64,000 bases of DNA, from positions 56,546 through 120,545 of the forward strand of contig CAJQOH010000003.1 of NCBI GenBank assembly GCA_905479915.1, given 5' to 3'. The DNA comes from an uncultured Flavobacteriales bacterium. GTDB taxonomy: Bacteria > Bacteroidota > Bacteroidia > Flavobacteriales_E > Vicingaceae. A program made the position numbers and the translations under genes. The notes under the pieces were generated by a model that made no database searches, was not told the origin of the DNA, and was given only the letters and a program-made list of their open reading frames with translations. Of this stretch, positions 55,680 through 62,325 are shown piece by piece (the first letter of the stretch is position 1; each line of letters opens with the position of its first letter).

Positions 55680-56510
55680 TTACCAATCTTTTTCAATATT
55701 GACTTTTTGTCCTTTTACTTTTTTCTTTTTCAATTTAGCCTGTACTTTCTTTTCTTGATTGTTTAGTGCATCTAACATGCGCTGAGCATCTTTCTTTGAA
55801 ATCTGATTTGGTTTAGGTTTTTGATCCTTATCTCCTTTGTCTTTTTTATCTTCTCCAGGCTCATTTTTCTTATCCTTATTATCTTTCTTCTCATCATCAT
55901 TCTTGTCCTTATCACTTTTATCCTTGTTCTTATCGTCTTTTTTATCTTCGTTCTTGTCTTTGTCCTTGTTCTCGTTTTTATCTTTATCCTTCTTCTCATC
56001 ATCCTTTTTATCCTTGTCATCTTTCTTTTCGTCATCCTTCTTCTCATCATCTTTTTTATCCTGATCTTTTTGCTCTTGTTGTTGCTGTTGTTTTAATTTT
56101 TGTTGAGCGTAAGAAAGGTTATAGCGGGTATCATTATCAGAAGGGTTTTCACGTAGTGCCTTTTTATAGGCTTCAATACTTTCCTTATACTTTTCAGATT
56201 CTAAATTTGCATTTCCAATGTTGTGATAAGCGTTGGCTTTAGCTTTTTTATCATCCGTTTTATCTGCAAACTTTTGAAATTGTTCTATTGCCTCAGCATA
56301 TTTTTTTTGTTTGTATAACGCATCTCCTAAGTTAAAATCTGCTTTAGAAGAAGCTGCATCTTTCTCTAACGCTTTTTTGTAGCTGGCATTGGCATCTTCA
56401 TACTTTTTCTTTTTGTACAAGTCGTTTCCTTCTCTAATGTGCTGTTTCGCATTTTGAGAGAAAGCAGTAATGCTTAATAGTAACGCTAATATGTATAGTA
56501 TTTGTTTCAT
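55680..56510 (-). CDS. batC: BatC-like TPR protein with an extended Lys/Asp-rich tail
   Basis: Signal peptide plus 3-4 TPR units (Y..ALE.D......NLG.A.Y....Y.EAI..F), then a poly-Q and KD-rich region. Confidence 0.75.
   Translation of the reverse strand: MKQILYILALLLSITAFSQNAKQHIREGNDLYKKKKYEDANASYKKALEKDAASSKADFNLGDALYKQKKYAEAIEQFQKFADKTDDKKAKANAYHNIGNANLESEKYKESIEAYKKALRENPSDNDTRYNLSYAQQKLKQQQQQEQKDQDKKDDEKKDDEKKDDKDKKDDEKKDKDKNENKDKDKNEDKKDDKNKDKSDKDKNDDEKKDNKDKKNEPGEDKKDKGDKDQKPKPNQISKKDAQRMLDALNNQEKKVQAKLKKKKVKGQKVNIEKDW
55808..56093. repeat. Low-complexity coding repeat (QQQQQ then KKDDEKKDD/KDKDKN units) within batC
   Basis: The DNA is a degenerate tandem of tcatcatcc/ttcttctc-type units. 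All three forward and reverse frames stay open here, which accounts for the spurious ORFs in the track. Confidence 0.8.
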
Positions 56511-56530
56511 TTATATTATTACTTGAATAT

Positions 56531-56576
56531 CCTTTGTGTTTCCCTCAAGGGAAAAGTCTTTCGCACAATTCCTTTT
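56531..56576. repeat. 46-nt direct repeat, copy 1 (batC-proximal)
   Basis: cctttgtgtttccctcaagggaaaagTctttcgcacaattcctttt. It contains the small hairpin ttccc-tcaa-gggaa. Confidence 0.9.
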
Positions 56577-56603
56577 GTAGAGAATGCTATCCCCTTGAGG
56601 GGA

Positions 56604-56981
56604 TTATAGGGGTGTTTTCAATTCATTAATCTTTCCTTCTAATTCTTTTAATACATTGTAAATATCATTCTTAACTTCAAGGTTCTCAAACCTAACAAAT
56701 GAAATACCAAAACTTTCTAGTCTAACTTGTCTGAGAATATCATTCTCATATATTTCATCAATATTGTGGCTATTTCCATCTACTTCAATTGCCAATTTTA
56801 ATTCGTGACAGTAAAAATCAACAATATAATTATCAATAGGTACTTGTCTGTGAAATTGAACTCCTAAATTCTTTTTTCGAATTTCTTGCCAAAGTAAAAT
56901 TTCAGAAACAGGCATCTCTTTTCTAAGCTTTCTTGCTAAAGGTTTTAATTGTTTATTATATGGTATTATTTCGTTTTTCAT
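56604..56981 (-). CDS. DUF559 (Vsr-like / PD-(D/E)xK endonuclease fold) domain protein
   Basis: 'ARKLRKEMP.SE..LW..IR...LG.QFHRQ..I..YIVDFYC...KLAIEVDG..H......D..R...L...G....RF.N.EV' fits the DUF559 family pattern. 125 aa. Confidence 0.85.
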   Translation of the reverse strand: MKNEIIPYNKQLKPLARKLRKEMPVSEILLWQEIRKKNLGVQFHRQVPIDNYIVDFYCHELKLAIEVDGNSHNIDEIYENDILRQVRLESFGISFVRFENLEVKNDIYNVLKELEGKINELKTPL

Positions 56982-57003
56982 TTTAATTCTTACAGAAAAA
57001 CAC

Positions 57004-57049
57004 CCTTTGTGTTTCCCTCAAGGGAAAAGGCTTTCGCACAATTCCTTTT
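57004..57049. repeat. 46-nt direct repeat, copy 2 (batB-proximal)
   Basis: cctttgtgtttccctcaagggaaaagGctttcgcacaattcctttt. It is 45/46 identical to copy 1 and lies 473 nt away from it. Confidence 0.9.
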
Positions 57050-57051
57050 AT

Positions 57052-58095
57052 TTAGTTCATTTTTTTCTCAAATAAGTTTACGCCATCCAATTTACTTGTT
57101 CTTCTATTGGAGATAAAGTACTCGATTACGATTAAGATAAAAGCAATAATTAAGAATATTTGGAACCGATCTTCATAGTCTTTGAAAGATTTACTTCCGA
57201 ATTCTTTTTTCTCCATTTTGTCTATTTCTTCCATAATTATGCCAAGACCTGCATTGGCATTGCTAGCTCTTACATAAGAGCCTCCGCCATAAGAAGCAAC
57301 TTCTTTTAACATGGTCTCATTTAGTTTGGTCACAACGGTATTGCCTTGATTGTCTTTTCTGAAATCTATTTGAGCGCCATTTTTGTATACAGGAATAGGA
57401 CCGCCTTTTTCACTTCCCATTCCGATAGTGTGAACAGTAACATTTTCTGATAATGCATTACCGGCAGCTACTTTTGTTCCTGGTTCATGATTTTCTCCAT
57501 CCGTAATCACAATGATTGATTTACTTGTGCCATTTTCAAAATCGAAAGATTCCATAGCTAAGTTAATAGCTGCACCAATAGAAGTTCCTTGAGTTGGTAC
57601 TATATCCGTTCCAATGGTTTCTAAAAATAACTTAGCAGAAGAATAATCTGTTGTAATTGGTAATTGAACATATGCATCTCCAGCAAAAAAAATAATACCT
57701 AATCTATCGTTGTGTAATTTTTGGATTAATTGATAAATTGCTCTTTTAGATCGTTCTAATCGGTTAGGAGATAAATCTTCAGCTAGCATAGAGTTCGATA
57801 CATCTAGAGCAATCATCAAATCAATACCTTCTCTTTTAACCTCTTCAACCTTGGTTCCAAATTGTAGATTCGCTAAACCAATCAATAATGAGATCATCGC
57901 TAATCCATAAAGAACGAACTTTACAACGGGTAATGTTTTAGAGACATTAGGCATCAAACGCTTAACAACTTCTTCATTACCAAATTGACGTAACTTTCTT
58001 TTTCTCCAGTTTTGGAGAAATAAAAACACGATTAGGATGAGTGGTAAAACACCTACTATTGCCCAAAGGTATATGTCGTTTTCAAATCTATACAA
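57052..58095 (-). CDS. batB: BatB-like VWA-domain membrane protein
   Basis: N-terminal TM helices, a VWA MIDAS motif 'DVSNSM', 'ITDGENH' and a C-terminal TM helix. A TTG start overlaps the batA stop by 8 nt. Confidence 0.85.
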   Translation of the reverse strand: MYRFENDIYLWAIVGVLPLILIVFLFLQNWRKRKLRQFGNEEVVKRLMPNVSKTLPVVKFVLYGLAMISLLIGLANLQFGTKVEEVKREGIDLMIALDVSNSMLAEDLSPNRLERSKRAIYQLIQKLHNDRLGIIFFAGDAYVQLPITTDYSSAKLFLETIGTDIVPTQGTSIGAAINLAMESFDFENGTSKSIIVITDGENHEPGTKVAAGNALSENVTVHTIGMGSEKGGPIPVYKNGAQIDFRKDNQGNTVVTKLNETMLKEVASYGGGSYVRASNANAGLGIIMEEIDKMEKKEFGSKSFKDYEDRFQIFLIIAFILIVIEYFISNRRTSKLDGVNLFEKKMN

Positions 58096-59086
58096 TGCCT
58101 TTAAAGATTATGTTTTTAAGTAAAAATTCAATTAACAATAAGAGCACAGAGATTAAGGCAAAAGGCACAAATTTTTCTGATTTCTTTTTGTATTCTGTCA
58201 CTTCTAGTTTTGTTTTTTCAAGTTTATCTATTTCTTGATAAATGGATGCTAAACTCTTTTTATTGGTAGCTCTAAAGTACTTTCCATCAGCCGTTTTTGC
58301 CATTTTTTTCAATGTTTTTTCGTCAATTTTTACTTCAATATTTTGATAAACCGTTCTTCCAAATTGATCTTGCATTGGCATTCTAGCTGAACCATTAGAA
58401 CCAACACCAATAGTGTAAACCCGTATACCAAATTTTTGCGCAATTTCTGCTGCAGTTATAGGAGGAATAGAACCTCTGTTGTTTTCCCCATCCGTCAAAA
58501 CAATGGCAACTTTACTAACTGCTTCACTATTTTTTAATCGATTAACAACAGTTGCTAATCCCATTCCAATGGCTGTTCCATCTTCTATAAGTCCATGTCT
58601 TACGTTGCTAAACATGTTAATTAAAACATCATGATCTGTTGTTAACGGACATTGCGTAAAGCTTTCTCCAGCATAAACCACTAAACCAATTCTATCATAG
58701 GGTCTTTCTGAAATAAAATCCATAGCCACTTGCTTAGAAGCTTCTAAACGGTTTGGTTTAAAATCTTCTGCCAACATACTTCCAGAAATATCTAAAGCAA
58801 TCGCAATATCAATTCCTTCGGTAGTAACATCTTGCCAACTTAAAGAGGTTTGCGGTCTTGCTAAAGCTGTTATTAATGCGGCAACTCCAATACATCTTAA
58901 TACAATTAAACTATGTCTTAAATAAGTAATAGGAGAATTGGTAAAACTTTGAGTTGAACTGATTTTAATGGTTCCGTACAGTTTTTTCTGACGAAGAATA
59001 TACCACAATACCATTAATGGTATTATAAGCATTGCCCAGAAAAATTCTGGATTAGCGAATGTTATTTCTCTCCAGTTACTCAGCAT
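58088..59086 (-). CDS. batA: BatA-like VWA-domain membrane protein
   Basis: 'F..PEFFWAMLIIPL', MIDAS 'DISGSM', 'LTDGENN' and a C-terminal TM helix. The ATG at 59086 is preferred to the TTG at 59104. Confidence 0.85.
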   Translation of the reverse strand: MLSNWREITFANPEFFWAMLIIPLMVLWYILRQKKLYGTIKISSTQSFTNSPITYLRHSLIVLRCIGVAALITALARPQTSLSWQDVTTEGIDIAIALDISGSMLAEDFKPNRLEASKQVAMDFISERPYDRIGLVVYAGESFTQCPLTTDHDVLINMFSNVRHGLIEDGTAIGMGLATVVNRLKNSEAVSKVAIVLTDGENNRGSIPPITAAEIAQKFGIRVYTIGVGSNGSARMPMQDQFGRTVYQNIEVKIDEKTLKKMAKTADGKYFRATNKKSLASIYQEIDKLEKTKLEVTEYKKKSEKFVPFALISVLLLLIEFLLKNIIFKGIV

Positions 59087-60032
59087 TATTATCTGGAGTT
59101 TCAATTATTAATTTGGTATTCTCTACAAATTCAATAGCATTGATAATGCTCATATCGTTTTCATTGGCTAAAGGTTGTTCTTTGGCAAACTTTACTAAAT
59201 CAGATAGCACTAAAATCTGATTCAATTTTGTGAGTTGATCTGGTAAAATTCCATGAAAACGTAAGCTTTGCATGATCTCGTCAGTAGTATTTTCTAAGGC
59301 ATTGACTTGATATCTTTTCTCTAGATATTCTCTAATAATTTCTGAGATTCCGCTATGGAATAATTTTACTTTTCCGTCTTGCCATAGTTTGTCTTCTTGG
59401 AGTTTTTGAAGTTTTTGTATTGCTGTTACATGGGGAGGGATTTCAGGTTTTATTTCCTCCACAATAACTTTTTCTGGTCTATTTTTTAAGAAGCGTATTA
59501 GTAGTATTCCTCCAATAATTAAAGCTAAAACAATAGCAATCCATATCCAATTTTCTTTGATCCAATCTGTAATAGAAAAAGGTTCTTCAATAGGTCCTTT
59601 AATGTCAAAAATAGCTTCAGCAGTATCAACTTCCATTGGCCTAACTTCTATTTGAAGTGGTCCGGTCTGAAACAAATTATTATTAATGTTAAATTCAAAA
59701 TAGGGTATTACATATGATCCAGAATCAAACGAGGTAACCGTTATTTTTTGAATTTGTTGAACCAATGATAAATCACTTTGATCTGGGTAAACAGTATCTA
59801 CCGGAGATTTTGTGACAATCTCAATAAACTCACTAATGGTATCTGTTAAGTTTGGGAATTGAACATACACGGGGTCTCCATCCAGTCTGTATTGTACTTT
59901 TAATTCAATTTGGGTTTGTTCTCCTATGAGTAAAAAATTAGTATCAATAGAAGCATTTACATCAACAGATTGTGCTGAAAGACCTAAGCTTCCAAAAAGA
60001 AATAGTAATATGTAGAGTAATTGCTTATTCAT
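59076..60032 (-). CDS. BatD-like mini-paralogue / DUF4381-like membrane protein
   Basis: Signal peptide, a beta-sandwich-like ectodomain, a single TM helix (WIWIAIVLALIIGGILLI) and a helical cytoplasmic tail (..LSDLVKFAKEQP..). This is the same layout as BatD. Confidence 0.55.
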   Translation of the reverse strand: MNKQLLYILLFLFGSLGLSAQSVDVNASIDTNFLLIGEQTQIELKVQYRLDGDPVYVQFPNLTDTISEFIEIVTKSPVDTVYPDQSDLSLVQQIQKITVTSFDSGSYVIPYFEFNINNNLFQTGPLQIEVRPMEVDTAEAIFDIKGPIEEPFSITDWIKENWIWIAIVLALIIGGILLIRFLKNRPEKVIVEEIKPEIPPHVTAIQKLQKLQEDKLWQDGKVKLFHSGISEIIREYLEKRYQVNALENTTDEIMQSLRFHGILPDQLTKLNQILVLSDLVKFAKEQPLANENDMSIINAIEFVENTKLIIETPDNNAE

Positions 60033-60041
60033 AGTTCATTA

Positions 60042-60971
60042 TTATTTAGCTCCCCTTCTTTTAAATAAAGCCATTAAAGGTTTTACATAATCTTCATGGG
60101 TTCCAATTTGAGTATTGTCTATCCCACCTTTTTTAAAGGTAGATTGTAAATAATCTCTTTGTTTTAAAGCTTTTATTTTATACTCTTTTTGAACTGTTTT
60201 ACTTGAAGTATTTACCCATTGTATAGCTTCTGTTTCAGCATCTAACATAGGTACTAAACCAATATTTGGTAATTCTTCTTCAGCCTTATCGTAAAGTTTT
60301 AATGCAATTAAATCATGCTTTCTATTGGCAATTTTAATTGCATTTTCAAAGTTGTTTGAGCTCACAAAATCAGAAAGTAAAAATGCGGTACACCTTTTCT
60401 TAATAACGTTGTTAAAGTATTTTAAAGCTTGATCAATATCTGTACCCTTGCTTTCAGGTTCAAAATCAATCAGATCTCTAATGATCATTAAAATATGACT
60501 CCTTCCTTTTTTGGGAGGAATAAATTTTTCAATTTGATCAGAAAAGAAGATTACACCAACTTTATCGTTATTGGTAATTGCTGAAAATGCCAATACAGCG
60601 CAAATTTCTGTTGCCAGTTCTTGTTTTGATTTTTGTTGTGTTCCAAATTCTTTCGATCCACTAACATCAACAATAAGCATTACTGTAAGTTCTCTTTCCT
60701 CTTCAAAAACCTTAACGTAAGGATGACCGAAACGTGCGGTTACATTCCAATCTATCGTTCTTACCTCATCTCCGTGTTGGTATTCTCTTACCTCACTAAA
60801 AGCCATACCTCTTCCTTTAAAGGCAGAATGGTATTCTCCCGAGAAGATTTGATTGCTCAAACCACGAGTTTTGATTTCAATCTTCCTTACTTTTTTTAAA
60901 AGATCGGATGTACTCGAGCTTGAAGCTTGAAGCTTGGAGTTGGAAGTGTTATTTTTATTAGAGGGAAACAA
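60042..60971 (-). CDS. DUF58 domain protein (MoxR-associated, VWA-like)
   Basis: 'G.Y.S.FKGRGM.F.EVREYQ.GD..R.IDWNVTAR' is the DUF58 signature. The start is uncertain: there is only a TTG at 60971, and the first ~20 codons are encoded by a repeat-element arm. Confidence 0.85.
   Translation of the reverse strand: MFPSNKNNTSNSKLQASSSSTSDLLKKVRKIEIKTRGLSNQIFSGEYHSAFKGRGMAFSEVREYQHGDEVRTIDWNVTARFGHPYVKVFEEERELTVMLIVDVSGSKEFGTQQKSKQELATEICAVLAFSAITNNDKVGVIFFSDQIEKFIPPKKGRSHILMIIRDLIDFEPESKGTDIDQALKYFNNVIKKRCTAFLLSDFVSSNNFENAIKIANRKHDLIALKLYDKAEEELPNIGLVPMLDAETEAIQWVNTSSKTVQKEYKIKALKQRDYLQSTFKKGGIDNTQIGTHEDYVKPLMALFKRRGAK
60916..60948. repeat. GAAG-rich arm of hairpin element locus D (plus-strand reading); it overlaps the predicted DUF58 N terminus
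   Basis: gagcttgaagcttgaagcttggagttggaagtg. It is complementary in composition and partly in sequence to 61085-61116. Confidence 0.45.
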
Positions 60972-61084
60972 AGGTTTATTTTATTTTATTTTTAAATGCA
61001 ACCATCATATTCATTAAATTAAAAGAATCATTATATAACTTTTCAAATTTAAAACCAACATCCATTTTACTCATGATTTAATAG

Positions 61085-61116
61085 CTACCAACTTCCAACT
61101 TCTTTCTCCTAACTTC
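61085..61116. repeat. CTTC-rich arm of hairpin element locus D; it abuts the moxR stop codon
   Basis: ctaccaacttccaacttctttctcctaacttc. 'ccaacttccaac' is nearly the reverse complement of 'ggagttggaagtg' at 60937-60948. Confidence 0.45.
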
Positions 61117-62168
61117 TAAGGGATTTCAACGTTGTTTAAAATTCCGTTTATGATTTCTTCCGAGTTGATGTTTTCAGCTTCAGCTTCATAACTTAAACCA
61201 ATTCTATGCCTCATAACATCATGACAAATAGCTCTTACATCTTCAGGAATTACATAACCTCTACGCTTAATGAAAGCGTAGGCTTTAGAAGCTAAAGCCA
61301 AGTTGATACTCGCTCTAGGAGATCCTCCGAATGTAATTAAGTTCTTATAATTTTGTAAGTTATAGTTTTCTGGATTTCTTGTAGCATCAACAATGTCAAC
61401 AATGTATTGCTCAATTTTTTCATCCATATACACCTCTTTTACTACCGCTCTTGCTTTAGTAATTTGTTCAGGCGTAATAACTGAATTTGGAGTAGGGAAA
61501 CCATTAATAGAATTTCTGATAATTAATTTCTCTTCTTCTTTTTTAGGATAATCTAAGATTACTTTAAGCATAAATCTATCCACTTGCGCTTCAGGTAACG
61601 GATATGTTCCTTCTTGTTCAACTGGATTTTGAGTTGCCAATACTAAGAATGGTTCCGGTAGTTTAAACGTCTCTTCACCAATGGTAATTTGTCTTTCTTG
61701 CATGGCTTCTAATAAAGCACTTTGAACCTTTGCTGGAGCTCTATTGATCTCATCAGCTAAAACAAAGTTTGCAAAAATTGGTCCTTGTTTAACTGTAAAA
61801 GCTTCTTGCTTTTGATTGTATATCATTGTTCCTACAACATCGGCAGGCAATAAATCTGGAGTAAATTGAACTCTACTAAATTTAGCATCAACAGTTTTAG
61901 ATAAAGTTGTTATTGCTAAGGTTTTTGCTAAACCAGGAACACCTTCTAATAAGATGTGACCATTTGATAATAAGCCAATTAGCAAACTTTCCGTCATGTG
62001 AGATTGACCAATAATTACTTTGCCCATCTCCATGGTTAGTAAGTCAACAAAAGCACTTTCCTTTTGTATTTTTTCGTTTAAGGCCTTTATATCTACATTA
62101 GATGTAGAAGAACTCGTACTTGCAGAAACATCTGGAGTAGGAGTAGTTGTTTTCATTTCTTCTTCCAT
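61116..62168 (-). CDS. moxR: MoxR-family AAA+ ATPase
   Basis: Walker A 'GVPGLAKT', Walker B 'LADEINRA' and 'ATQNP.E.EGTYPLPEAQ.DRF' are MoxR hallmarks. It is the first gene of the Bat operon. Confidence 0.95.
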   Translation of the reverse strand: MEEEMKTTTPTPDVSASTSSSTSNVDIKALNEKIQKESAFVDLLTMEMGKVIIGQSHMTESLLIGLLSNGHILLEGVPGLAKTLAITTLSKTVDAKFSRVQFTPDLLPADVVGTMIYNQKQEAFTVKQGPIFANFVLADEINRAPAKVQSALLEAMQERQITIGEETFKLPEPFLVLATQNPVEQEGTYPLPEAQVDRFMLKVILDYPKKEEEKLIIRNSINGFPTPNSVITPEQITKARAVVKEVYMDEKIEQYIVDIVDATRNPENYNLQNYKNLITFGGSPRASINLALASKAYAFIKRRGYVIPEDVRAICHDVMRHRIGLSYEAEAENINSEEIINGILNNVEIP

Positions 62169-62188
62169 AATTCAAAATTCTTAGGTTT

Positions 62189-62196
62189 TCAAAAGT
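62189..62196 (-). promoter_or_regulatory. Candidate -7 promoter box (TACTTTTG on the minus strand), 21 nt upstream of moxR
   Basis: The plus-strand caaaagta is the reverse complement of TAnnTTTG. Confidence 0.4.
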
Positions 62197-62325
62197 AATA
62201 AGTGGAATGCAAATTACCAATATTAAAATCTTAATGCTTTGTTAAAAAGTGTTAAAGCTCAAAGAAAACCATCTGTTTTCATTAAAATTAATCAGTAATT
62301 TCACATTTTAATATATTACTATAGT

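Noticed and set aside
55772-56096. ORFs 55772..56050 (-), 55821..56096 (+) and 55837..56064 (+), with bizarre RRMK-, LIF- or S/F/L-only translations.
   Set aside because: They are artefacts of the KD-rich tandem repeat within batC. Only the batC frame joins to a signal peptide and TPR domain.
56531-57049. Considered whether the 46-nt repeats flanking the DUF559 gene are a two-repeat CRISPR array or integron attC sites.
   Set aside because: There are only two copies, separated by a complete protein-coding gene. No cas or intI genes are in the window. The insertion-duplication or REP-like explanation is retained in the findings instead.
53032-62168. Considered the MoxR/VWA gene set as a novel NTPase-VWA conflict or defence system.
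   Set aside because: Gene content and order match the well-known Bat operon (moxR, DUF58, batA-E) of Bacteroidota. Only the inserted DUF559 gene is atypical.
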